From Curvularia clavata (lineage: Eukaryota), in NCBI GenBank assembly GCA_023920165.1, contig CP089274.1:5208001-5272000 (forward strand): a stretch of DNA of 64,000 bases, read 5' to 3'. Every line of letters starts with the position of its first letter. Position 1 is the first letter of the stretch. The position numbers and the translations under genes were made by a program. Below are positions 11,191-22,294 of the stretch, one piece after another. The notes under the pieces were generated by a model, which was not told where the DNA came from, ran no database searches, and was given only the letters and a program-made list of their open reading frames with translations.

Positions 11191-13014
11191 AGCTCGGACA
11201 TATACTTTCCGCGCACATAGGGTTCCCGCGCACATAGGGTTCCCGCGCACATAGGGTTCCCGCGCACCCACACAAAGCAGCTATACTGGATACAGTCGCG
11301 ATTTTCTCAACAACAACAATTATATTTGCCACTCATTACACATAGAGCTAAGAGTAAGCGCTGCCGCTTCTGCTGCCGCTTTTTCAGCTGCTTTTTCAGT
11401 TGAAATAGTTGCCCGTTGTGCCTGTAGAGCTGCTGCTCGGTCAATAGCAGCCTTAATACTCTCAACGTTACTAAAGCGTTCATTTGGGTTAACTTGAACT
11501 CGTTTTCTTACGCGAGTAATCTTATAGCTATCTAGTTGATATCTAAGCTGTTGATTTTGAGCTTCAAGTTGGGCAGCTCTAGTATTTGCCTCCGCAATAG
11601 CCTTACCTGCTTTGCTAAGCACCAGCCGGGTGCTTCGTGAGAGAGATTCTGACAGCAGTAGCTGCTGTTGGGTCTTATGTAGAGCCTATGAGCTCCGAGG
11701 TGTATTAAAGACTTGTTCTGGTAGTTCTTGGGCCTGACGGGCGGCTGGCGGAGTAACTGGTCGGCCAGTTATTTGAGACGAGAGTAGCACAATGTCTGGG
11801 TTGTATGGACAGAGCCCAGCAGCCCTCCAGCCAGCTCTAATAACACGCTCTGATAGTCCTTCTGCTCTAGCTTTATTGTATGATACAACAAAGCGCTCTT
11901 TTTTTACTGGAGCTGCGTCGTCAAGCGCTGAGAGAGCTTGAATCTGATTACGATAGCGAGACTTGAGTACAGAGAAGGGAGCTAAGTCTAGCGGCTGCAG
12001 CAAGTGAGAGGCATGCGCAGGAAGATATAGTAGCTGGATCCTATTCACCTTACAAAGCCACATGAAGTCGATAGGCGTGTGGGAGCCATGGCCGTCAAGA
12101 AGGAGTAGTCGATATCCACCACTTGTAGGCGCAGTATTTGGTATAAAAATCCGCTGTAGCCACTCAGATCCAATCAAATTCGACGTCCACCCATTCTCTG
12201 ACGTAGTGTATAGCCAATCTGGTGTACTCGTAGCTGGAAACCACGTAGTCTGAAGATGCTTGCCCTTAAAGACAACTAGACACTGGAGCTTGGCGCCTGT
12301 GGCGGAGACGGTCTCAATAATTGACACCCACTCGCGATCCTCTGGAGACTTGACGTAAGCTTTCTTCTTTGAAGAGCTTGCAAGCACTCTAGCGTTCGTA
12401 CATACCCCTAGCGCGACTCCAGTCTCGTCCATATTCCATATATCTTCGTACTGTATGCCTAGCTCTATACGCGTACGTTCAAATAGCTCAAGAAAGGCTT
12501 TAACAGTCTCATAGTTGGCACCAGTAGTACGCGCGCTCTCGATCTTTCGGCCGACTATTGATGCGACGCGTGGGTTACGTGCAATGAAATGGGGTACCCA
12601 AAGCTGTCCAAGTGGCTCGTAGTCACTATTCATATGCAGAATTCGAGTGGCCATTTCTCGTACGCGTAGATGGGACGGGGGTTGTGCGCGTGAGTCCTCA
12701 TCAAGTATCCAATCTACTAGAAAGGTCTCTTGTTCTGGCGTTAATCGCTGTTGTTGTTGATGAGCTGTTGCGTGTGGTTGTTGACCTTGCTGCCGACCGC
12801 GTATTGTAGATTCAGAGATGCCGTACCACTTAGCAGCCTTACGCCGGCTTGTAAAAATACCTGAATTAAGATCTGCGATAGCATTTTGTATAGCAAGCTC
12901 TTTGGGATCCATTTTAGTCTCGTGGGGTTGATGTTACAAGCGTTGCAAGTGAAGCAACGCGTTGTGGTGGGGTGCGCGGGAACCCTATGTGCGCGGAAAG
13001 TATATGTCCGAGCT
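11191..13014 (-). mobile_element. Fot1/pogo-family (Tc1-mariner superfamily) DNA transposon, element A
   Basis: TA at 11189-90 and 13015-16; 43-bp perfect TIR AGCTCGGACATATACTTTCCGCGCACATAGGGTTCCCGCGCAC; HTH plus DDE transposase inside. Confidence 0.96.
11320..12912 (-). pseudogene. Transposase of element A, interrupted by one nonsense codon
   Basis: DETG/DGHGSH/QPLD motifs; TAG at 11686-11688 where copy D has CAG; reading frame continues to 11320. Confidence 0.88.
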
Positions 13015-13836
13015 TACATCCATCCCATAGACAAATGAAACCAAGCGTTACCGACTTACTGACAGGTTTCGACGCAGAGATACAGCACTATATTTATATA
13101 AACCTACAGTAAGATAGTGGCGCTCAGACATCTCCTTATATTAGAAACAAAATTCGATATATTGTTGTGGTTGAGCTGCGGTTGAGTTGTACGACAGTGA
13201 GTTTCGTATCAGCGTTTGGTTATATCTGCTTAGGGAATGCACCTCTCTTAGGTTCGCATTATGAACGCTGGACAATGCTAGAAATCAGTTGCCATGTGCC
13301 TTTCAAGTCATACGTGCAATTTTTCTCACACCTTATTTTCAGCGTGCGTAAGAGTGTAGTGGGGAGTCCACCGTGACTTGGTACCGGAAGCCCACTCACC
13401 GCGACAAATTAACGCGGAAGTTCTGCTCTAATTAATCCATGCTTAAACAGTACGTACAGTTCATATGCCTGGAAAAAGTAACGCAAGTGACAAGCAGGAT
13501 ATGGCACAGGGCGATTCTTCTCAAGATGGCACAACTCTAAAGCCTCAAAGTTCTACTCAGCCATGCAGACGTTGACCAACGTGACATAATAGAAACATCA
13601 TTTTAAATTGACAAAACCCAGAAGTATTCAGGATGAACGCTGCCATCATCTAAGACTCAAAAGCAATTCGGGGAGTGATGACGTCAAGGTGACTCGTAAC
13701 ACCACCACACTCGTCATGGTCAAACAACGTAGGGATGTCAGCTGTGAATTGAGACTTCTGTTCCCCAAACCCAAGAAACTTCGTTGTACAAACTATTTGC
13801 CTCTCCTGAATTTTGAAGCCCTCCACAAACCTGCAA

Positions 13837-14446
13837 ATGTCATCTGCAAAATCACCAGCAGCGAATCCCAGCATAACACCTGATCCTGCCCAGGACGGTT
13901 CAACGATCCGCAAAGCATTCGTGCTTGAAGCCGTTGCAAATCTCTTCACCATACCTTTGATAACAAATACGCGCTTCACACTCTCGCTCCTCCTCAACAA
14001 TCCATCGCGAGACATCACTCCTGCTTCAGTCTTATTCGCACGTCTGTTTGGCGGCTTGATTGTTGGTGGTCTCACGTCGGCACTATTTGCTGGTGCGACA
14101 AACACCAGGAATGGTATTGAGTCCAGAAGGCCAACTTATCTTTTGTTAGGTCTAGGAGAAGCAGTTCTGATTCCCATCTTGGCATTGGAGTTGATACAGG
14201 GAGCGCCAGGCGCGGCGCTGAGTAGAACAGTTGCGGGCGTGAGCATTGGGTTTTTAGTACCACCGCTGTTATGGAGGATGTATGTGCTATTTGTCAGACC
14301 GGACCTCTTGGGGAGGTATGTGGAGGAGGGAACGGGCGGTCGTGGGGCAAGTAGGAGAGACGGATGTAAGTATTTGGTTTCTGCATACAATTATGACGAC
14401 AAGCTAATCTGACTTAGATGGCTCTATCAATATGCGTGAGGACTAA
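13837..14446 (+). CDS. Hypothetical multi-pass membrane protein; exons 13837-14365, 14418-14446
   Basis: About four hydrophobic segments; GTAAGT..GCTAAT..TAG intron near the 3' end. Confidence 0.7.
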
Positions 14447-15033
14447 GATGATGGGTGCTAACATGGAACTCAGCTGCGCAGTAGTGCCCCTGCTCGTTGT
14501 GCTTCGAAGTTAGCTGACAGTAGTGTTACAACGGACAATATCCTGTTGTTAGCCACATTCACCATCAAGCAATCGCCCTCTACGTATGTTGCTCCATATT
14601 TCGGTCGGTATTTGATACCCACCTAATGCCCACGCTAGGAGCCCACCCGACCACGGAGGAAACGATTGCTTCATGGTCAGATACAAGATATTGCAGTGTT
14701 TATACACGATAAGATAGGATAGACAGTATAGGAGACTTGGTGACCTGGCAATTAGCATACTGCCGTTCCCCATCGAGGAGGCAAACAAGTCAAGCGGTAT
14801 CATGACCTGCACTGATCACGCGATCCTTCCCCATAACCAGTCTATACCAGCTTAGAGTGCCGATAGGCATCAATCATGTGGTTGGCTAAGCTGCGCATAA
14901 TGAATTCTTGTTAGAATTTACGTGTTGGTTCCTAGCTTCTGAATCTAGTACTTTTCCATGCTATCTTAGCCAAGGTCGAATATCCATAAACGCCGCGCTG
15001 AAATCACATGCAATGTCTCTGTTGGCACCATTA

Positions 15034-15916
15034 TTAGTCCGCGAAGCCTCCCCATTCCGCCTCTTCGTCTTCCTCTTCAGGCTCGCTCTCGGCTTCGCTT
15101 TCTTGCCCTCTCCAATTCCTCAATCTCTCGTCAGCGAGACACTCTTTCGCCGCGTTCCTCAATGGTTTCAACACCCCGTCCTTTGCCATCTTCTCAATTG
15201 GCTGCATCAAAGTCTCCAAGGTCTCCTTGTTTTCATCTTTCTCCCATTCCTCACCCTCCACCTTCTCCAACTCGTCAACCCACACATCCATGACATGATA
15301 TCTGAGTCCATTCGAAATTCTCATATTCCGACATTCTATGGGTGTCTCTTCCATGATGCTATTCCATTGTTCCAACAAGTCCTTCTTCCACTTGTTTCGG
15401 CTTAGGAACGCAAAAGATGCATTGACGTATTGACGGATCAAGTACAGATATTTGTCGAGTCTCAGCGCTTCAATGTGACTCCACTCGCGAGACATGGTAA
15501 GGAAGAAGGCGCGGACAAAGGGTAGAACGACGGGTGTGCGAAGGATAGAGACGATCGATGCGAAATCGCGGGAAAGGCGCTGCTGGAGAGCGGGTTTGTC
15601 TTGCATCCACAGGCCTGCAAATGCTGTTAGTCTCTTCATCTGGCTGGTCGCGAAGAGACCAATGGTCCGTAACTAGAATGCGCTTTAATGCAATACTTAC
15701 AGTAAAACAGTCCCTTCCATAGCTTCAACAAATCCAGTTCTGTAATCTCTGACTGTGCGCCGAGATACGCTTTCAAGGAATCAAGTGCCTGGTCGCGAAC
15801 TTTCTTGTCTGTCGCAAACGTCAATCTCTTGTTACTGGAGCCCTAATATACCATGTTTCCATACCGCTCGAGGCAAGGTTTCTTATAAACGGGTTGTTTT
15901 GCGCGTCCGAAGCCAT
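15034..15916 (-). CDS. RRP1: Nucleolar pre-rRNA processing protein Rrp1/Nop52; exons 15916-15865, 15808-15701, 15614-15034
   Basis: [53 protein letters not shown]; two canonical introns. Confidence 0.92.
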
Positions 15917-16536
15917 AGTGTGTGGAATGACGGTATTGCTGATGTGCCCAGGTGAGGTTCAAGACAGGCGTGGAACTTTTTTTGGGGGTTGCGGAGCTAG
16001 GGTATCGATAAGACCCGCCACTGGTAAATTAGCGTCTTTTGGTGCCGTCAGTCGTCCTTTGTCTGCACGATGGACGAGACAATAAAAAGCAAGCAGATTT
16101 ACATGGCTTTACCGTTGCTAGTACTTTCCAGCATGGGTATGGATGGAGCAATTGTTCTTAGACATTTTTGCACAGGATTCATTAGGAAGAAGTTTGTGTT
16201 TTTGAAAACCGTTGGTCAAGATGATCAGCCGAGAATGGTTAAGCAGAACAAGCGGAAGATCCCTGATCTTGTTTGTATATCTACCTAAACTTGCAACTGA
16301 CTATATATGCACTTTAAAGTACACAGCTGCTAGAGATGACACTAAATTCGGCCTTATATTTACTATGTATAGCTCGAGCAGAATTAGTATTTATAGAATG
16401 TAGAGAAATGCAAGAGTGAAATTAGGAAAAAAATACAGCGTCTGAGAAAGTGAGTTTTTACTAGTACTCACTAGATGTAATTATGCCTGATACTAAAATA
16501 TTTTTTGTAAGAGGGGAGAATTTAATATTCTAGTTA

Positions 16537-18382
16537 ACGTCAAAGATCAGTAAGCTGCGCGGATCAGTAAGCTGCGCACCCCACCCAACCTAATCCAACT
16601 CTCTTCACCATTGATCCACAACAACGCAGTAAAATTAGATAAAATTTAACGGATATAATTTATTGTCTAGATTTACACGAAGTGCGAGTGTGACCTTGAA
16701 TATGGCAGTTTGTGCACGTCGGCGGCGCGCGCTGGCGTCGCTGACTGCCCTCACTCTGCTCTGCCTCTACAACTACTCTTTCTGCCTCTAAAGCGAGCTG
16801 CCGAGCCTGCTGCACCTGGAGCACTCCGCCAGAAGCGATATATTGACGCGGCTGATTCTGCTTTTGTCGCTGGCGCTGATTTTCTTCACGTAGCTTTTTG
16901 TTCTCCTCCGCGAGTATTACTGCTGATTGCATTGCAAGCTGAGCGCTCTTAGCAAGCTGGCGGATAGCAATGCTTGTTGGACTCTCTGGCTGCCGCCGCA
17001 GTCGCTCTTGGAGATAGCGCACCTGCTGCTGAAGCTGCTCTACTGTATGTGGTGTCTCTGTCTGCGCCGCTGCCTGCGCTGTAACGTTGTCATCTACAGT
17101 TGTCTGTGGTGGAGACGGCGTCCGGACGACAGTTAGCGACGACAGAACACGATCTGGACAAGAAGGGACAAGACCTGTCGCCCGAAAGCCTGATTGGATA
17201 TTCTGCTGCGTAAATATAGTCGGCCGGATCCGTGTATAGGCTGTAAGGAAGTCGATCTTGTCGATATGGTAGACGCCTTGGCGGGCGAGCTCCTCAATCT
17301 GACGTCCGTACGCGCGCTTAAGAGGGGAGTAGCAGCTTACGTCTAGAGGCTGGAGAAGATGGGAGGTATGTGGCGGCATACAGAGAGTAATAATCTTGTT
17401 ATCGGCGCAGTACTGGTCGAACTCTGGCGTAGCGTGGCTGCTATGGCCGTCGAGGATAATAAGCCGATAGACTCCAGCTGTTCGAGCCGCTGTATGCTGA
17501 TTGAAGTGCTTCACCCACTCTAAGCCTAGCTCATCTGTCGTCCAGCCGTTGTCTGACACGCCAATAGTCCAATCGAGTGGGAGGTCGCGGTACCAGCTGC
17601 TCTGGTGGACTTTACCAGACAAGATTATGAACGGTGGAAGACACCAGCCAGACGCGTTGACGCACTCGATAGCTGTTACCCACTCGCGATTGCCTGGCTG
17701 TATTACAACTGCGCGGCCGACTCTATCAGAGCTAGTCACGACTTTTGATGTTGCAGCGACGCCCATTGCGAATCCAGTCTCGTCAAAGTTGTAGATATCT
17801 TGGTCAAGAACGCCATACGTCTGTCGCGTCTCCTCTACTAGTTTAAACCACGCTGTAATCGCGATAGGATCCTCAGAACTAGCGCGCTGGCTATTAAGCT
17901 TTCTAGTCCACTTTGTCTGGAGCTCTGGCTGGCCTTGGATAAAGCGCGACACCCATTTCTTGCCTACAGGTAGTGGAGGTGGATCTTGGCCACGCGCGGC
18001 GAGTAGAGCGTCTGCCATTCGTCGCACGTCGATGATATGGGGTGGAAAACCACGCCGGTCAAGGTCTAAGATCCACTGTACGAGAGAATGCTCTTCAATA
18101 GACGATAGCTTACAATTAGCAGGTCGCACCTCAGATCGTGGCTGGGTACCACTGACGCGCGTCTGGAGTGTGGATCTTGGTACATCAAAGGCCATTGCAA
18201 GAGCGCGGAGAGACTGTTTTGGATTATTACGATAGGACGCGATAGCAAGACTTATTCTGCCTTCACGAGAAGTCTGTATAGAGCGTTGTTGTCGCGGCAT
18301 TATGGTAGTTGTAGAGAGAGTCGGATCAGGTGGGGTGGGGTGGCCAGCTTGCTGATCTGGCCAGCTTGCTGATCCTTGACGT
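16537..18382 (-). mobile_element. Fot1/pogo-family DNA transposon, element B (intact ORF, imperfect TIRs)
   Basis: TA at 16535-36 and 18383-84; ends begin ACGTCAARGATCAG, about 50 bp with 8 mismatches. Confidence 0.95.
16660..18300 (-). CDS. Fot1-like transposase, 546 aa (HTH, CENP-B-type HTH, DDE, C-terminal CCHC knuckle)
   Basis: NFDETGF, LDGHSSH, LQPLDV, CTNCHIQGHTRTSC; no stops. Confidence 0.94.
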   Translation of the reverse strand: MPRQQRSIQTSREGRISLAIASYRNNPKQSLRALAMAFDVPRSTLQTRVSGTQPRSEVRPANCKLSSIEEHSLVQWILDLDRRGFPPHIIDVRRMADALLAARGQDPPPLPVGKKWVSRFIQGQPELQTKWTRKLNSQRASSEDPIAITAWFKLVEETRQTYGVLDQDIYNFDETGFAMGVAATSKVVTSSDRVGRAVVIQPGNREWVTAIECVNASGWCLPPFIILSGKVHQSSWYRDLPLDWTIGVSDNGWTTDELGLEWVKHFNQHTAARTAGVYRLIILDGHSSHATPEFDQYCADNKIITLCMPPHTSHLLQPLDVSCYSPLKRAYGRQIEELARQGVYHIDKIDFLTAYTRIRPTIFTQQNIQSGFRATGLVPSCPDRVLSSLTVVRTPSPPQTTVDDNVTAQAAAQTETPHTVEQLQQQVRYLQERLRRQPESPTSIAIRQLAKSAQLAMQSAVILAEENKKLREENQRQRQKQNQPRQYIASGGVLQVQQARQLALEAERVVVEAEQSEGSQRRQRAPPTCTNCHIQGHTRTSCKSRQ

Positions 18383-18414
18383 TAGATGTTTTAGCTTAGT
18401 AAGCGGCCAAGATA

Positions 18415-20256
18415 ACGTGCGCCACCAGTGAGCTGGCCACACCAGTGAGCTGGCCGCCCCACCAAACCTGACCCAACTCTCTCCACAACCACCACAATGC
18501 CGCGACAACCACGCGCTCAATCAACTTCTCGTAAAGACAGAACTAGTCTTGCTGCAGCTTCTTATCATAATAATCCAAATCAATCTATCCACGCTCTCGC
18601 AAAAGCGTACGATGTGCTAAAATCGACTCTTCAGACACGCCTCCGTGGTGTCCAGCCGCGATCAGAGACAGCCTCTGCTAAACGAAAGCTATCGCCTATT
18701 GAAGAGCAGTCTCTCGTACAGTGGATCCTAAAGCTAGATAAACGAGGCTTTCCGCCTCATATTATCGACGTGCGACGAATGGTAGACGTTCTGCTTGCCG
18801 CGCGTGGCCAAGATCCACCTCTACAGCCAGTTGGTAAGAACTGGGTATCGCGCTTTATCCAGAGCTAGCCTGAGCTTCAGATAAAGTGGAGTAGAAGACT
18901 CAATAGCTAGCGCGCCTGCTGTGAGGATCCTAGAGTGATTACAGCGTGGTTTAAGCTAGTAGAGGAGATACGCTAGACGTACGGCGTCCTTGATTAAGAT
19001 ATCTATAACTTTGACGAGACTGGATTTGCGATGGGCGTCGCTGTATCGTCAAAGGTAGTCACAAGCTCTGAAAGAGTTAGACGGCTAGCTGTTGTAGAGC
19101 TAGGCAATCGCGAGTGGGTTATAGCAATCGAGTGCGTTAACGCGTCTGGTTGGTTTCTACCACCCTTGGTGATCCTGTCTGGTAAAGTCCATCAGAATAT
19201 CTGGTATCGCGATCTCCCACTTGACTGGACTGTCGGCGTCTCAGACAACGGCTGGACGATAGATGAGCTCGGTGTAGAGTGGGTGAAGCACTTCAACCAA
19301 CATATAGCTGCTCGTACAGCTGGAGACTATCGGCTTCTTATCGTAGACGGCTATGGTAGCCATGCTACGCCAGAGTTCGACCAATACTGCGCTGAGAACA
19401 AGATTATTACCCTCTGCATGCCACCCCATACCTTCTATCTTCTCCAGCCTCTGGACGTAGGCTGCTACTCTCCTCTTAAGCGCGCGTATGGACGTGAGGT
19501 TGATGAGCTCGCCCGTCAAGGCGTCTACTATATTGACAAGATAGACTTCCTTACAGCCTATACGCAGATCCGACCAACAATATTTACGCAGCAGAATATT
19601 CAGGCAGGCTTCTAGGCGACAGGTCTTATTCCTTTTCGTCCAGATCGTGTTCTCTCGTTACTAACTATTATCCGGACGCCATCTCCACCACAGATAATTG
19701 TAGATAGCGGGACCACTAATAGCGCCTAGCAAGCAGAGACGCCCCATACAGTAGCTCAGCTTCAGCAGCAAGCAAAATGTCTTCAAGACAGGCTTCATCG
19801 GGAATCTCAGAGCCCAACAAGCCAACTTCTCCGTCAAGTTATTAAAGGCTGTCAGATTGCAATGCAATCAGCAACAATACTTGCTGAAGAAAATAAGAAG
19901 CTACGTCAAGGTAGTGAGCGGCTAAGACAGAAGCAAGATCAGCGGCGTCAATATATTGCTTCTAGTGGAGTTCTTCGGGTGCAGCAGGCTCAGCAGCTTG
20001 CTGCAGAGATAGAAAGGATGGTCGCGGAGGTTGGGCAGAGTGAGGGCAGTCAGCGACGTCAACGCGCGCCGCCAACGTGCACGAAGTGCCACGTTCAAGG
20101 ACACACTCGGACTACCTGCAAAACTAGATAGTGAATGTTACTTCCATATTCTATCTAATTTCATCACGTTGTTGTGGATCTATTGTGTGTCGCGGCAGGT
20201 CAGGTTTGGTGGGGCGGCCAGCTCACTGGTGTGGCCAGCTCACTGGTGGCGCACGT
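18415..20256 (+). mobile_element. Fot1/pogo-family DNA transposon, element C (RIP-damaged)
   Basis: TA at 18413-14 and 20257-58; 59-bp perfect TIR ACGTGCGCCACCAGTGAGCTGGCCACACCAGTGAGCTGGCCGCCCCACCAAACCTGACC. Confidence 0.95.
18497..20131 (+). pseudogene. Transposase pseudogene of element C
   Basis: Collinear with transposase B but with in-frame TAG/TAA near 18866, 18908, 18973, 18994, 19613 and 19727, several at Gln positions of B; DGH changed to DGY. Confidence 0.92.
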
Positions 20257-20590
20257 TACAAACACGTCTAACTAAATTAGAGAAAGCGCCAGAACACGCG
20301 GACTTCTACCTTTACTAAGATAGGAATCCTAAACACTCATTAATATCTCTAAACTCCACTACGCCTTCTAATTGCTTTTTTTGAAAGAAAAAGCATATTC
20401 ACGTCTAGAAAAGAAAGAGTAATTACTAGCACTTCTTAGCCTGTCAGTCTAGCCCAATCTAATTACCTTGCGAAATTCCTAGTATACGGTATAATATTAT
20501 GCGTATCTTCTAGATTAAAGATGAAGGATAACTCCGCGCATATGAAAGAGGCTAACGTGAGGCAGGGTTGGTGCTGTGATGCCGTCTGTT

Positions 20591-22294
20591 ATGGTTAGAA
20601 TACCATCGGACGGCCACACTTGGCATCGCGTTCGGGTCGATCGCGTAAGCACAACATCACCTCCTAAACGCGTCATAACTGGCTGATCGTATTTAGATCC
20701 ACTCGATCGTCTCCAACCGCGTACATAGAGACGTGGGTAGTCCTTCATTATACATGGTCTGTGCAAGAGTACCTGACTGGGCGCATATAGGACGAACAAT
20801 ATCTCGTCCGATGGACGACCGAAGATGCATCCATTCAAGCGCCGCTGAGCTGGCATTCCATTAAAGACCTGTTGCGATGTCTCGAGCACGTTCAAGACTA
20901 CCTTGAACTGAGAGCGAGGTATAGGGCCGAATTGCTTCAATATAGAGCACGTGATATCGCTGACCTCACCTAGCTCTCGCACGCCACAAGATCAAGCCCA
21001 GGCTGTAACAAGGAAGCGAAAGTCTCCAGACAATGAGGTAGAGCACGAACGTCGTTTCTCTCCATTTGACTCTCACCTCCGTCAACCAAGCCAGACACGT
21101 TCGTCACGGTCATCCCCAGTGTCTTCTTCCCCGCCACCTTTACCCACTGAGGTTTACAACGGCACCCTGGAAAGCGACGAGTATGGCTTCCTCTATTGCA
21201 GCCCAGCTACTGGATCTGAAATACCGCGACTCGACGTCCGTACCGTCCCAACGCCAGAGATGAGCCGGGCTGCACAGGAAGCTAGTGTCAGCAAAGCACT
21301 CATCTACATCCGGAACGAATATGTCCGTCGACTATCCAAGGTGTCAACAGAGTATGCCGCGCCAATCCGGCTAGTCAACCTGATCGATTCGTCCACCCCA
21401 TCACTGCGATTTCGCTACATCTCTGGCTACGTCCTGCGAGCCGGCGTCTATCGAGCCGCGTCAGAGACACAGCAAGGCTGCATGCGATGTTCTCCACACA
21501 TGGGCCGCCACATTGGTTGCGAATACACGCAGCGATGTGACTGTTTAGAATACGCCGCAGTCGACGAATCACGTCTGAGCGCCTCGCAGCGAGCGGAGTA
21601 TGAGGTTGCCCTCGCCACAGGCGCCTCAACTATGGGCCTGCCCAAGAAATTCCCTTACTTCGCCAGTGGCACCAAGCGCGAGCACGAAGGCTGCCTCGTG
21701 CCCTTCTACCTTAACTCGCGGCGCCCCATCTACGAATGCAACGACAAATGCCACTGCGGGCCCCACTGCCGCAACAAAAACGTCCAATTCGGCCGCCAAG
21801 TTGAAGTTGAGATCTTCCGGTCTGCTGATGGCCGCGGCTGGGGCCTACGCTGCTGGGAGGACCTGCACGCTGGCCAGTTCATCGATACATACCGTGGCGA
21901 GGTTATCACTGATGCCGAAGCCACGCGCCGCGAGAACGCTTCCTCCAAGGCAAAAGCATCATACCTTTACTCTCTCGACAAATTCGCAGAGTCCGAGGGC
22001 CTCGCTGAAAGTGATTTGTACGTCGTCGACGGCGAGTTCATGGGTGGTCCGACCAAGTTTATCAATCATTCTTGCGAGCCGAATTGTCGACAGTATACGG
22101 TTAGCTATAACAAGCATGATCCCAGGATTTACGAGATTGCGTTTTTTGCGAGAAGGTTCATTCCGAAGGGAGAGGAGCTGACGTTTGATTATCTGGACAA
22201 GGATGAGGATGATGAGGAGTTGGAGGAGCCGGGTGAGGATGCGATTCCGTGTCTCTGTGGCACGGATAAGTGTCGGAAGTGGTTGTGGACATGA
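20591..22294 (+). CDS. dim-5: Histone H3K9 methyltransferase DIM-5/Clr4/KMT1 with chromodomain-like N-terminus; exons 20591-20644, 20697-20732, 20791-20918, 20974-22294
   Basis: Cys-rich pre-SET, SET motifs GRGWGL, FINHSCEPN, ELTFDY, post-SET CLCGTDKCRKWLW; three in-phase canonical introns upstream. Confidence 0.9.

Noticed and set aside
11209..11268. Short direct repeats resembling a CRISPR array
   Set aside because: Contiguous 17-bp units with no spacers, inside a transposon TIR in a eukaryotic genome
20515..20982. 155-aa minus-strand ORF upstream of the SET domain
   Set aside because: Antisense to the dim-5 5' exons, which explain the region better
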